64,000 nucleotides of DNA. Origin: Thermoplasmatales archaeon. Lineage in GTDB: Archaea > Thermoplasmatota > Thermoplasmata > Methanomassiliicoccales > Methanomethylophilaceae. Each line of letters begins with the position of its first letter. The stretch's first letter is position 1. This document shows, one piece after another, positions 1 to 9,603 of this stretch. The translations under genes were made by a program, and so were the position numbers. The stretch covers positions 70,048 through 134,047 of the forward strand of contig JAAYZC010000002.1 of assembly GCA_012515075.1 (NCBI GenBank), in the 5' to 3' direction. The notes under the pieces were generated by a model. That model was given only the letters and a program-made list of their open reading frames with translations, had not been told where the DNA came from and did not search any database.

Positions 1-9
1 GTCTCCACA

Positions 10-1173
10 ATGGTGGAGATGATCGGCATACCTGCACTCGCACCGATCAACGGAGGCGAGGGGGAGGGAAAGCGCGCCGACATGCTCATGAGGAATCTGC
101 AGGGTTACGACAGCGTCATACGGGTCGACGTCCCGGACGTCACGGATCCTTCCGTGATGCGGCCCAACATACTGGCCAGCAAGAAAGGGAAGGAGAGGGG
201 CACCGTTTGGATCGTAGCGCACACGGACACGGTGCCCGCGGGAGATCCCGAAGACTGGGACACGCCGCCCTACGAGGGGCACGTCAGGGACGGTAGGATC
301 TACGGGAGGGGCACCGAGGACAACGGGCAGGCCGTCATATCTTCCATGTTCGCGTCCAAATTCATACCGGCGGGGACCCTGACCAAGAGGAGCCTGGGCA
401 TAGCATACGTCGCAGACGAGGAGACGACCAGCCTTATGGGCATCTCACATCTCATAGATCACGGATACTTCGATCTTGAGAACGATGTGGTCATAGTCCC
501 CGACTGGGGCGTCCCCGGCGGGACGCTGATGGATGTGGCCGAGAAACACCTCCTGTGGGTCAAAGTGGCCGTCAGGGGCAAGACCACTCACGCCTCCACA
601 CCCCATAAGGGACTCAACGCCTTCCGCGTCAGCTCCGCTCTCGTAAAGGACCTGCTGGACAGGCTGGAGTACTACTATGATGATGAGGACCCCCTCTTCG
701 AGCCCCCGATGACCACCTTCGAACCCACCAGGAGCCCCTCCACCGTGGAGAACGTCAACACGATCCCGGGGTACGCGGAGTTTTCTCTGGATATAAGGCT
801 GATACCCCGGCACGACCCCGACGAGGTGTTCGAGTTCATACGGTCCGTGGCAACGGAGCACGCGGAGAGCACGGGCGCTTCCATCGAGGTCACAAAGATA
901 CAGCGGACCTATGCGGGAAAGCCCTCTTCGACCGACACCCCGGAGTTCAGGGCGATAGCGGAATCCATACAGTCCGTCATAGGCGGGGAGCTGAGGGCCG
1001 TGGGCGTGGGCGGAAACACCTGCGCCAACTTCTTCAGGATGGCTGGGATGGACGCATACGTCTGGGAGTGCGGGGGCGGTACCCTCCACGCACCCAATGA
1101 GTACGCGGAGGTGGACAACATAATAACGGATGCCAAAGCCTTCGCAACAGTCTTCCACAGACTCTGCGTCTGA
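10..1173 (+). CDS. M20 family metallopeptidase (ArgE/DapE-like deacylase)
   Basis: 387-aa ORF with M20 signatures AHTDTVP, GRGTEDNGQAV and VADEET. The frame is open back to base 1, so the true start may lie left of the window. Confidence 0.8.
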   Translation: MVEMIGIPALAPINGGEGEGKRADMLMRNLQGYDSVIRVDVPDVTDPSVMRPNILASKKGKERGTVWIVAHTDTVPAGDPEDWDTPPYEGHVRDGRIYGRGTEDNGQAVISSMFASKFIPAGTLTKRSLGIAYVADEETTSLMGISHLIDHGYFDLENDVVIVPDWGVPGGTLMDVAEKHLLWVKVAVRGKTTHASTPHKGLNAFRVSSALVKDLLDRLEYYYDDEDPLFEPPMTTFEPTRSPSTVENVNTIPGYAEFSLDIRLIPRHDPDEVFEFIRSVATEHAESTGASIEVTKIQRTYAGKPSSTDTPEFRAIAESIQSVIGGELRAVGVGGNTCANFFRMAGMDAYVWECGGGTLHAPNEYAEVDNIITDAKAFATVFHRLCV

Positions 1174-2232
1174 TCATTCCTCGAAAAGGCGGTTGAGCAT
1201 CCACTCGGCATCGAATTTTATGATGTCCCCGTAGTCCTGTCCGTTGCAAACGAAAGCGATGGGCTTCCCGATTGTATGGGCGATCGACAGCGCGGCGCCG
1301 CCCTTCGCATCCGTGTCTATCTTCGTGAGGATTATCGCGTCTATGCCCACGGCGGAATCGAAGGCCCTGGCTTGTTCGACCGCGTCGTTGCCGGCCAGGG
1401 AGTCTCCAACGAAGATCTTGAGTCCGGGCTTGGCGACCCGGACGATTTTCTTCATCTCTTCCATCAGGTTGTTGTTGGTCTGCATGCGCCCGGCCGTATC
1501 GACGAGGACGACGTCCCTCATCTTAGCTTTGGCGTGCTCCACGGCATCGTAGGCGACGGCGGCGGGGTCCGCGTCCTGGGAGTGCTTCACAATCTTGCAG
1601 CCTATCCTGTCCGCGTGTATAGTGAGCTGTTCTATCGCCCCGGCTCTGAATGTGTCGCATCCGGCCATGACGACCGACAGCCCCGCCTTCTGAAGACGGT
1701 CGGCTATCTTGGCGATGGCGGTGGTCTTCCCTGTGCCGTTTATGCCCATGAACATGACCACGGCGGGTCTCTTCTGGGAATCAATCCAGGCATCGAAATC
1801 GAATTCGTTGAGTCTCAGGACGTCCCCGACGGCATCCTTGACAGAGATCTCGACGACCTCTTCCATTGTGTAGTTGCGGCTGTACTTCCTGCCGTAAAGG
1901 TTGTCCCGGACGCCCTTGGTTATCTCTTCCGCAACAGGGTAGGCCACATCGGCCTCCAGGAGGACAATCTCCAACTCGCCGAGGATCTCGTCCAGGGCGG
2001 TGCTGTTGATCTTCCTGCCGGAATCCCCGACGACCTGGGAGGGGCGCCCTTGGGATTTCTCCTGTTTGACCTGCTTCAGCCTCTCCTTTCTCGAGAGCTC
2101 GGGCTGAGCCCCCGGAACGGTCTCGGCCGCGGGGCTCTCGGGAGCCGCCCCCTCGTAGACCTTCTCGGGGTCCAGTGCCTCGGGGGCTTTCTTGAAAAGG
2201 CCCTTCAGCTTGCTCTTGAGGGAGTCGAACAT
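1174..2232 (-). CDS. ftsY: Signal recognition particle receptor FtsY
   Basis: SRP-GTPase motifs GINGTGKTT (G1), DTAGR (G3) and TKIDTDAKGG (G4), with a charged N-terminal A-domain. It lies in the conserved archaeal rpl18a-pfdA-ftsY order. Confidence 0.95.
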   Translation of the reverse strand: MFDSLKSKLKGLFKKAPEALDPEKVYEGAAPESPAAETVPGAQPELSRKERLKQVKQEKSQGRPSQVVGDSGRKINSTALDEILGELEIVLLEADVAYPVAEEITKGVRDNLYGRKYSRNYTMEEVVEISVKDAVGDVLRLNEFDFDAWIDSQKRPAVVMFMGINGTGKTTAIAKIADRLQKAGLSVVMAGCDTFRAGAIEQLTIHADRIGCKIVKHSQDADPAAVAYDAVEHAKAKMRDVVLVDTAGRMQTNNNLMEEMKKIVRVAKPGLKIFVGDSLAGNDAVEQARAFDSAVGIDAIILTKIDTDAKGGAALSIAHTIGKPIAFVCNGQDYGDIIKFDAEWMLNRLFEE

Positions 2233-2239
2233 GCCACCC

Positions 2240-2665
2240 TCACTGCTGCCTTCTCTGGTACTCGCTCTGTATGGCCGCCTGCAGGTTCCCTGCCGCCAGC
2301 TCCATCTCGTTGAGGGCGGAGGAGGATTTCTTCAGAGCCTCTGAAAGCTCGGACAGGGCGGCATCCATCTGGGCCGCCGCCTCGGTTATGTCCTTCTCTA
2401 CGGAGAGTCTGTTGCCTATGCCCACGACGGCCGTCCTCTTCCCGGTAACCTTTGCGTTGACGAACGACGATGCGCCTATCGGCACCAGTATCTCGTCGCC
2501 CTCCGCCGCAGCCTCGAAAGCATTGAGCGTCATACGTGCGCCCATCGTCTCCTCGTAGGTCGCCTGCAGCAGGCGGGCCTGGCGGGTCAGAGCCTCAAGC
2601 TGGGACCTGTAGGAATCGAGGATCGTCAGCGCCTGACGGAGCTCGTCGTCGTTCATGGTCCTCAC
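2240..2665 (-). CDS. pfdA: Prefoldin alpha subunit
   Basis: 141-aa protein with two coiled-coil helices flanking a beta-hairpin core (ILVPIGASSFVNAKV), between rpl18a and ftsY. GTG at 2665 overlaps the rpl18a stop (GTGA). ATG at 2656 is an alternative start. Confidence 0.85.
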   Translation of the reverse strand: MRTMNDDELRQALTILDSYRSQLEALTRQARLLQATYEETMGARMTLNAFEAAAEGDEILVPIGASSFVNAKVTGKRTAVVGIGNRLSVEKDITEAAAQMDAALSELSEALKKSSSALNEMELAAGNLQAAIQSEYQRRQQ

Positions 2666-2889
2666 GCACCGATCTGGTACTTCACGGTGTGGTCCACTAC
2701 CTTATCCGCGGGGACCTCGGATATGTCGTCTATGGATATCTGGTCCCTTCTGAGCTTGTGCCTGCTGCCAAGCGTGGAGAGGGCCTTCTCCCTCACAGCC
2801 GCCTCGTCCTCTGCGGCCAGCTCGATCGAGAAGGGCTGGTTTTTTACCCTGGGGTCTGCGAATGTGCCCGTTATACGAAAAGCCTTCAT
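2662..2889 (-). CDS. rpl18a: Large-subunit ribosomal protein L18Ae/LX
   Basis: 75-aa ORF (MKAFRITGTF...) whose size and N-terminus are typical of the archaeal LX family. It heads the pfdA-ftsY cluster. Confidence 0.8.
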   Translation of the reverse strand: MKAFRITGTFADPRVKNQPFSIELAAEDEAAVREKALSTLGSRHKLRRDQISIDDISEVPADKVVDHTVKYQIGA

Positions 2890-2910
2890 AGTGATTACCT
2901 AGTTCGGGCA

Positions 2911-2944
2911 ACTATATTTACGAAATAAAGCTTTTGGTATAAAG
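2911..2944. promoter_or_regulatory. AT-rich bidirectional promoter block (TATA-like elements) between rpl18a and the radical SAM gene
   Basis: The 59-bp divergent spacer contains CTATATTTACGAAATAAAG. TAAATATA on the minus strand lies 24-31 nt before the rpl18a ATG. AAATAAAG lies 19-26 nt before the ATG at 2949, implying short or no leaders. Confidence 0.45.
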
Positions 2945-2948
2945 CACA

Positions 2949-3782
2949 ATGGAGGACACCGAGAAACTCATCCTATCGTGCGTTCCGGGCAGCAGCTTCC
3001 CGGCCGTATCCGTCACGGGGGCCCGCTGTGAGCAGATGTGCGAGCACTGCCGGGCCGTGCACCTGCGCGGAATGAGGGAAGCGTGCACGTCGGAGGCGCT
3101 CATATCCATCGCGGAGAGAACGATCGCTTCGGGAGGATCGGGCATGCTGATAAGCGGGGGCTGCGACCGCACAGGCAGGGTCCCCCTGCTCCACCTGCGC
3201 GATGCCATCTCGCAGATATCCTCCATGGGTCTGGAAATAAACATCCACGCCGGATTCATAGGGCCCTCGGAGGCGCGCGAGCTCGTGTCGGCCGGGGTCA
3301 GGCGGTTCTCCGTCGACATACACCAGGACCCCGCGGTCATAAAGGGCGTCCTGCATCTTGACAGACCCCCGTCGGATTACGGGGACCTGTTGGATGCGGT
3401 CATCACCGCCGGGGGGGTCCCGGTCCCTCATCTGACCGCGGGCCTCGGGGGAAAGGACATTGCGGCCTCCGCGGATCTGCTGCTGTCCAGAGGTCTGAGG
3501 CGGGCGGTGCTCCTGGGTCTCGTCCCCTCGCACGCAGGGTCCCCGATGCCGGGGGCATCCACGGAGACCGTGGTCTCGGCCGTGGACATTTTGTCAGGCA
3601 GGGGGTTGGAAGTCACTCTGGGATGCATGCGCGACAGGTCCTGCAGGGACATGGAGGCGGAGTGCATAAGGCACGGGGTGATGCGGATAGCGAACCCGTC
3701 CCGCGAGACCCAGGAATGGGTCAAGGCCAACGGGTACTCCGTCAAGGAGGATCGCCGCTGCTGCTGCATGTCCTCAGAATAA
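2949..3782 (+). CDS. Radical SAM domain protein, function unknown
   Basis: CX3CX2C cluster (CEQMCEHC) followed by the glycine-rich ISGGCD motif. 277 aa with a Cys-rich C-terminus (RRCCCMSSE). Confidence 0.75.
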   Translation: MEDTEKLILSCVPGSSFPAVSVTGARCEQMCEHCRAVHLRGMREACTSEALISIAERTIASGGSGMLISGGCDRTGRVPLLHLRDAISQISSMGLEINIHAGFIGPSEARELVSAGVRRFSVDIHQDPAVIKGVLHLDRPPSDYGDLLDAVITAGGVPVPHLTAGLGGKDIAASADLLLSRGLRRAVLLGLVPSHAGSPMPGASTETVVSAVDILSGRGLEVTLGCMRDRSCRDMEAECIRHGVMRIANPSRETQEWVKANGYSVKEDRRCCCMSSE

Positions 3783-4988
3783 AGGGTCCCTGCGCTCGCT
3801 GGCGTATCCGTAGTCCGCGACCTTCCTTCCGACCAGGAAGACCGCGGCATATTCAGGGACCTCGGTCTCCCCTTTGGCCTTTATACGCTCCCCCCTCATC
3901 GAGAACTCGTAGTCGCGTCTCATGGTCACCTTCACCGGGTCGTCCGTGTATATTTCCGGGACGGCATCCTCGAGAGGCTTGAAGTCCGAGAGCTGCTCCC
4001 GGGTTATCGGTGTCACCCGAAGGCCGCTCTTACCGTGGACGGAGCCCGGAAGACGTATCAGCCTCTTTATGTCCGCCGTCACCGGTTCGTCGACCTCGCC
4101 GGACAGACGGCAGGCCACATCCTCCTTCATCGTCCTGACCAGCAGTTCCTGGGTCCCCTTGGGCAGTGATGCCATGGTGTTCTTCTCGAACATGATCCTG
4201 CGGGACCTCCTTACATCCTCCTGTGCCTTGTCCAGGGCCCTGCCCTTCATGGAAGGGTATGCCGCGCGGAGGTACTTGGGGTCCTGGTCGCAGACATCGT
4301 CCACCAGCTCCATCAACCCCCTTCTCATCCTGAGCCTCCAGCCCCCGGTATCGGCAGGCGGGATCAGCCTGTCCTTGGCAACGTTGGTGCGCACATTCCC
4401 GTTGACCACGATCTGCGAGGTGGCGACCTTGCTGTACGGGAACACCCAGTCTATGTTAAGTCCGGAGGCAGTTACGTAGTCTACGATCTCCCTGCGCTCG
4501 TGGGGACCGAGGGTCAACACGTTCTCCTCGGGCACGTGGGCATGGTAGCCCCTGCCCCCCGAGAAGGTCAGATGGACCTGGTCCTCGGAGAACCCCAGGT
4601 CCCCCAGCAGGAACGAGTCCACGAGCTTGGCCATCTCCTCGCGTATGCGTTCGAGCATTTCCTCATAGGACATTTCCGCCGCGCCCTCCAGATGATCCGC
4701 GTCCAGGTCGAATATCAGTTCGGCCCCCAGCCATTCCTTCTCCTCCATGGTGGGGGCCCCCGGCTTTCTGTAGTACGCTGTGGAGTAGTAGCTGTGGGAA
4801 GGCACTTTGGCGACCATGAAGCGGTTCAGTTCCTCGGGCCGGCTGAACGCCATGTGACGTTGCACGAAGGTCTTGTCGAAGAACATGAAACCGAACTCCC
4901 TCCGGGTGAAGCGCTCCGGCATAATCGGACGGTTCTCCTTGTAGTACCTCCTGAACACCTTGAGAAGGAAACGGGAATTGGGGTCCAT
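3774..4988 (-). CDS. priS: DNA primase small (catalytic) subunit PriS
   Basis: 404 aa with N-terminal FGFMFF and SHSYYSTAYY motifs and the catalytic DxD (IFDLDADH). Confidence 0.9.
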   Translation of the reverse strand: MDPNSRFLLKVFRRYYKENRPIMPERFTRREFGFMFFDKTFVQRHMAFSRPEELNRFMVAKVPSHSYYSTAYYRKPGAPTMEEKEWLGAELIFDLDADHLEGAAEMSYEEMLERIREEMAKLVDSFLLGDLGFSEDQVHLTFSGGRGYHAHVPEENVLTLGPHERREIVDYVTASGLNIDWVFPYSKVATSQIVVNGNVRTNVAKDRLIPPADTGGWRLRMRRGLMELVDDVCDQDPKYLRAAYPSMKGRALDKAQEDVRRSRRIMFEKNTMASLPKGTQELLVRTMKEDVACRLSGEVDEPVTADIKRLIRLPGSVHGKSGLRVTPITREQLSDFKPLEDAVPEIYTDDPVKVTMRRDYEFSMRGERIKAKGETEVPEYAAVFLVGRKVADYGYASERRDPLF

Positions 4989-5007
4989 GTCACGGAAACA
5001 ACGCCGG

Positions 5008-5026
5008 GCAACGTATAATTATATTG
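5008..5026. promoter_or_regulatory. Shared BRE/TATA-like element for divergent priS and the TatD-like gene
   Basis: GCAACGTATAATTATATTG sits in a 55-bp spacer. The AT core is 19-29 nt before ATG 5044 and 26-36 nt before the priS ATG at 4988. Confidence 0.45.
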
Positions 5027-5043
5027 TCGGCAGTGGTCCTCTC

Positions 5044-5880
5044 ATGGCGGAGAAGGTCCCGATCTACGACAACCACATACATATGAGCCCGTCAGGACGC
5101 AATGTGGACGCCCTGCTGGAGTTCCAGAAGGCAGGAGGGACCGGACTCACCCTTGTGACACTGCCCCACCCGGAGGTCCCGATAGCCTGCGGCGGGGACT
5201 TCATGGAATCCTACGGCATAACCCTGGACCTGGCCGCCCGGGCCAGGGAGAGGACGGACCTGGAGATCAACATAGCCGTCGGTCCCTATCCGGTCCTCAT
5301 AGTCCAGCTGGCCGCCGCATACGGTCTGGAGGCGGCGGTGTCGATGATGATGAAGGGGATGGAGGACGCCGCATCCCTGGTGGACAGCGGTCAGGCGCAG
5401 GCCATCGGGGAGGTGGGCCGCCCCCATTTCGAGACCTCCCCCGAAATCGCGGAGGCCTCCGACCGCATACTTCTGAGGGGCATGGAGCTGGCCCGGGAGA
5501 ACGGCTGCCCGGTGATAGTGCACTGCGAGAACTCGGAAGGGACGAATGAGAGCCTGGCACGCATCGCCGGGAAGGCGGGCCTGGACCCCGGAAGGGTAAT
5601 AAAGCATTCCTCGCCCCCCCTGATTCTGCCGGAGGAGAACTTCGGCGTAATGCCCTCCATACCCGCATCCAAGGTCTACATCTCAGAGGCACTGTCGAAG
5701 GGGAGCAGGTTCATGCTGGAGACGGACTACATAGACGACCCCTCGAAGCCCGGGGCGGTGATGTCCGTGAACACGGTGCCCAAGAAGATCAAGGGGATGC
5801 TGGCATCCGGGGCCGTGGATCCGGAGACAGTCTTCCGCATATGCGGGGAGATACCGGATTCTATGTACGGGCGTAGGTAA
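5044..5880 (+). CDS. TatD-related TIM-barrel metal-dependent hydrolase
   Basis: ATG 5044 chosen (MAEKVPIYDNHIHM). It has the DNHIH metal motif and VIVHCE. The ORF-track start at 4960 would overlap priS. Confidence 0.7.
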   Translation: MAEKVPIYDNHIHMSPSGRNVDALLEFQKAGGTGLTLVTLPHPEVPIACGGDFMESYGITLDLAARARERTDLEINIAVGPYPVLIVQLAAAYGLEAAVSMMMKGMEDAASLVDSGQAQAIGEVGRPHFETSPEIAEASDRILLRGMELARENGCPVIVHCENSEGTNESLARIAGKAGLDPGRVIKHSSPPLILPEENFGVMPSIPASKVYISEALSKGSRFMLETDYIDDPSKPGAVMSVNTVPKKIKGMLASGAVDPETVFRICGEIPDSMYGRR

Positions 5881-5923
5881 CCTATTTTAGGTGACAGCGG
5901 TTTAGAGTGCCGAGTGACTCTAC

Positions 5924-6694
5924 ATGCAGGCGAAGGTCCTTTCCGTATACGATGAAGGCGCGACAGAGGATACCCAGCTCATAGGCGCAAAGGGGCTGTC
6001 CGTATTGCTGGAGGTCGATGGTCAGAGGACCCTTTTCGACACCGGCCTGCGTGGCCGTTACCTGCTGAACAACATGGAGCAGCTGGACATCGACCCCGCC
6101 TCGTTGGACCGGGTGGTCCTCTCCCATGGACACAGGGACCACACCGGAGGCCTCAATGCGCTCCTCTCGGCCAGGGATGAACCGTTGGACGTGTTCCTCC
6201 CCCAGGGATGCCTCAGGGCGGCGGGCGGAAGGCTGTCGGGCCTGCTGGACCGCGGGATGCCGAGGATAGCCGAGAGGAACCTTGCCAAATCGAGGGTCAG
6301 GGAGGTCTCGGAATGGATCGGCCTTAGCGAAAGCCTGTCGCTGTCTTCTCCCGTCCCGGGGGACGTCACGGAGATGGTGATGGTTCTCCGTTCCGCGCAG
6401 GGCCCGGTGGTTATCTGCGGCTGCTGCCACGCCGGGGTCGAGGTCGTGCTCTCGCACGTCAAAGCGCATTCGGGGTCCAACCCCCGCGCCCTTATAGGGG
6501 GCACGCACCTCCGCAAGGCCGGTAAGGAGCGCGTTGCCGAGCTGTCCGGGGCGTTGGACCGTGAGTTCGGCTCTCCCGCTCTCTATGTCAACCACTGCAC
6601 GGGTATGGGCGGAATAATGAAGCTGAGAACGAACCTGGGCCTTTCGGCGGTCCGGGACTTCTATGCGGGCACCGGTCTGGAGTTCGAGGTCTGA
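5924..6694 (+). CDS. MBL-fold metallo-hydrolase
   Basis: HxHxDH motif (SHGHRDHTGG) and an N-terminal LFDTG segment. 256 aa. Confidence 0.8.
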   Translation: MQAKVLSVYDEGATEDTQLIGAKGLSVLLEVDGQRTLFDTGLRGRYLLNNMEQLDIDPASLDRVVLSHGHRDHTGGLNALLSARDEPLDVFLPQGCLRAAGGRLSGLLDRGMPRIAERNLAKSRVREVSEWIGLSESLSLSSPVPGDVTEMVMVLRSAQGPVVICGCCHAGVEVVLSHVKAHSGSNPRALIGGTHLRKAGKERVAELSGALDREFGSPALYVNHCTGMGGIMKLRTNLGLSAVRDFYAGTGLEFEV

Positions 6695-6721
6695 GGACGG
6701 AATCTGTCAGGGGTTATCGAG

Positions 6722-7624
6722 ATGCTATGGCGTGTAAGGACGGCGGCGATGTTCATAGCGATGTCGCTGATATTGCTGGTCATCGGGACTGTTGTAGGAT
6801 GGTTCTTCAACAGCATGTGGTACGGTCTGCTGATAATGCTTGCCCTGTCCGTGCTGATGATGGTCTACTCGTACTTCTTCTCGAAGTCATCGGCACTCCG
6901 GGCGAACCGTGTAAGGCTGGTCACCCAGGCCGAGGAGCCCCGCCTCTGGAAGATCGTGGCCTCCGTCGCCGAGAAGGCGGGATGCCCCATGCCGGAGGTG
7001 GGGGTGACAGAGGACGCCTTCCCCAATGCCTTCGCAACCGGGCGCAGCCCCAAGGATGCGGCGGTGGTAGCCACAAGAGGGCTCCTCAGGATGCTCCCGG
7101 ACGACGAGCTGGAGGGGGTCATAGCCCACGAGATGTCCCATGTCCGGAACAGGGACATACTGGTGATGTCGGTGGCGGCCACGATGGCCGCGGTCATATC
7201 ATACCTCGCCAGAATGGCCACCTGGATGGCGCTGTTCTCCGGCGGGGGCGACAACAGGAACAACGGGGCCATACTGGTTCTGGCGATAATACTGGACGTG
7301 ACGCTGCCCATCGCGGCGATACTGGTCCAGCTGGGGGTATCCAGGAGCCGGGAGTACCTGGCGGACGAGACCGGAGCCAGGATAACGGGCAACCCGCGTG
7401 CGCTCGCCAGGGCGCTGGCCCGCATAGAGGGGGGCCCCGATGCCGACTACGACCAGCCGACCTACGCTCCGCTCTGGATCAAGAACCCGGACAGCAAGAA
7501 GCAGTCGCTCACCAGCAGGCTTTTCAGGACCCACCCGCCGACCGAGGACCGCATAGCGCGGCTCAACAGGATGGCGGATGAGATGGAAGGCGGCCGCACC
7601 AGCGGCTACCCGGTATGGGAATGA
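6722..7624 (+). CDS. htpX: Zinc metalloprotease HtpX (M48)
   Basis: HEMSHVRNRD zinc motif, four hydrophobic segments and a C-terminal THPPTEDRI motif. Confidence 0.9.
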   Translation: MLWRVRTAAMFIAMSLILLVIGTVVGWFFNSMWYGLLIMLALSVLMMVYSYFFSKSSALRANRVRLVTQAEEPRLWKIVASVAEKAGCPMPEVGVTEDAFPNAFATGRSPKDAAVVATRGLLRMLPDDELEGVIAHEMSHVRNRDILVMSVAATMAAVISYLARMATWMALFSGGGDNRNNGAILVLAIILDVTLPIAAILVQLGVSRSREYLADETGARITGNPRALARALARIEGGPDADYDQPTYAPLWIKNPDSKKQSLTSRLFRTHPPTEDRIARLNRMADEMEGGRTSGYPVWE

Positions 7625-7628
7625 GCCC

Positions 7629-8918
7629 TTATCTCACAGGCTCCCATTTGGCCAGTTCGTTGACCTTGGACAGCGTGGAGCCCCGCATGATTTCCTCACG
7701 GGTGCGGTCCTCCCGCTCATGCACGTCCAGCGCGCGGTTGGCAACCTCCACCGCGTGCTCCTTGGGCACCACGACCAGACCCGATTCGTCGCCCATTATC
7801 CAGTCCCCTGTCCTGACGGGCTGTCCGCCGATTGTTATCTCTATGCCTATCCCGCCGTATCCCTTCGGCTCCCCGGCATTGGGCACCGCGGTCCTGGCGA
7901 AGGCGGGGAATCCCATCGCCCTTATGTCGTCTATGTCGCGTATGGCCCCGTCTATCACCACTCCGGTGCATCCCATGACCATCGCCGAGCATGTGGCAAG
8001 CTCGCCCCAGACCGCGACCGGGGCGCCGCCCACGTCTATGACTATGACATCCCCCTTCTTCGCGCGGTCTATGGCCTCGACGGGTTTCGCCCAGTCCCCG
8101 TTCGTCGTCTGAACGGTCAGGGCGCGGCCCACCATCCTGGTGCCGTCCCTTATGTATGGGCGCAGCCCGTGCACTATGCCCTGTTTGTGGTATGCGTCGG
8201 ATATGTTGCAGGTGGAGACCCTCGAGAAGGCCTCGAACAGCCCCTCCTCGGAGTACTTCTTGCCGAGGTCGGTGCTCTGTTTGACGCCCTGTATGGATTC
8301 CTTGACGGCCCTGGCCGCCCCCCGTATGTCCGCAGTCTTGAGTATCGCTCCTCCTACGATTATGTCCGTGGCGCCCGCCTCGGCGTACTGCCCCGCCGTA
8401 ACCGCGGTTATGCCCCCGGCGACGGCCACCGGGATGGAGGTCTCAGCAACAATCCTGCTGAGGAGCTCTGTGGGGGCGCCCTCGCCCTTCATCTGCTGAT
8501 CTATGCCCATATGAAGGCATATGTACCCCACGCCCAGCTTCTCCACCTGTTTGGAACGCTCCAGGCGGTCGCGGACATTGATCATGTCCACCATTATCTC
8601 GGCGCCGTACTTCCTCCCGGCCATAACGGCTTCCGATATGGTGGCGTCGTCGGCCAGGCCCAGGACCGTCACCACGTCGGCCCCGGCCTTGGCGGCAATC
8701 TCGACCTCGAAGGAGCCCACGTCCATGGTTTTCGTATCGGCGATTATCTTCCTACCCGGGAACTCCCTGCGGATCGTGCGGATCGCTTCTGCGCCCTCGC
8801 TCTTTATGAGCGGTGTGCCCACCTCTATCCAATCCGCTCCCCCGTCCACAGCCTCGCGGGCTATCTCGACGGCTCTGTTGAGTTGCATAAGGTCCAAGGC
8901 CACTTGAAGTACGGGCAT
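7629..8918 (-). CDS. Bifunctional 3-hexulose-6-phosphate synthase / RraA-like domain protein
   Basis: The N-terminal OMPDC-fold HPS starts MPVLQVALDL and includes GADWIEVGTPLIK and ADTKTMD. The C-terminal half has the RraA/HMG-aldolase fold (WGELATCSAMVMGCTGVVIDGAIRD). ATG 8918 chosen over the longer ORF-track start at 9011. Confidence 0.8.
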   Translation of the reverse strand: MPVLQVALDLMQLNRAVEIAREAVDGGADWIEVGTPLIKSEGAEAIRTIRREFPGRKIIADTKTMDVGSFEVEIAAKAGADVVTVLGLADDATISEAVMAGRKYGAEIMVDMINVRDRLERSKQVEKLGVGYICLHMGIDQQMKGEGAPTELLSRIVAETSIPVAVAGGITAVTAGQYAEAGATDIIVGGAILKTADIRGAARAVKESIQGVKQSTDLGKKYSEEGLFEAFSRVSTCNISDAYHKQGIVHGLRPYIRDGTRMVGRALTVQTTNGDWAKPVEAIDRAKKGDVIVIDVGGAPVAVWGELATCSAMVMGCTGVVIDGAIRDIDDIRAMGFPAFARTAVPNAGEPKGYGGIGIEITIGGQPVRTGDWIMGDESGLVVVPKEHAVEVANRALDVHEREDRTREEIMRGSTLSKVNELAKWEPVR

Positions 8919-9135
8919 AAACGAGTGATTGCTGGGTGCGGTATTAACGTTTCCGAACGGCAATCGACGACATGGTAAGGAGGGTCGCCGCTCAGCTCGC
9001 CCGTCTATCATCAGCCGTCAGCTCATGAAGCATCATCATCGCGGCCATTCTCAATCAGGGGCATGGGATAAAACCTTTGGGTGGGACCTTCAAGAAAACG
9101 TTTAACCCCCTAGACGCATCTCGGCGGCGGTAAAG

Positions 9136-9603
9136 ATGCTCGATAAGAAGAATAAAAAGGTCAGCGTGCTCTTCGTCGACGGCGCCAACGATCTGCAGTC
9201 GCAGATCGCGGAGTACTTCCTTCGGGAGGCATACGGGGATAGATACGAGTCGTACAGCGCCGGCCCGCATAAGGATTTCATCGACTGCGACATGATATCC
9301 GTCATGTACCAGCACGGTTACGACATACGCAGGGCGGTTTCGAAGGACACCGGATCCAAGGACCTTCCCGAAGCATTCGACTACGTCGTCTTCCTCCAAA
9401 GGTCGACACACGAAGAGATAGGAGACAGGGTTCCCCCGGGAAGCAAGGTAATTCTGAAGGACTTCGGCAGTCGTTCGGATTTCAAGGCCACCGACGACAT
9501 GGAGCTGTTCCAATGCTACACGGACCTGATCGAGAGGATAAGGTCATGGGTCGCCGAGACGTTCGCCGACCCATCATCGCTGGACGATAAGGCATCGGCA
9601 TGA
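9136..9603 (+). CDS. LMW-PTP/ArsC-fold protein lacking the catalytic CX5R loop (probable pseudo-phosphatase)
   Basis: 155 aa that align over their length with the ArsC/LMW-PTP layout. The P-loop reads VLFVDGANDLQSQIAE instead of the usual CTGNSCRSQMAE-type motif. Its stop overlaps the tsr3 start (ATGA at 9600). Confidence 0.65.
   Translation: MLDKKNKKVSVLFVDGANDLQSQIAEYFLREAYGDRYESYSAGPHKDFIDCDMISVMYQHGYDIRRAVSKDTGSKDLPEAFDYVVFLQRSTHEEIGDRVPPGSKVILKDFGSRSDFKATDDMELFQCYTDLIERIRSWVAETFADPSSLDDKASA

Noticed and set aside
4960-5043. Upstream extensions of ORF-track starts: 4960 for the TatD-like gene, 32487 for FAH, 43901 for the HTH gene, 9011 for HPS, 23006 for ogg, 39938 for the wHTH gene, 49834 for rpoB and 21682 for the HTH gene
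   Set aside because: The extensions overlap neighbouring genes or promoters and translate to Arg-rich sequence. Internal starts with SD, TATA or ATGA coupling fit the family N-termini.
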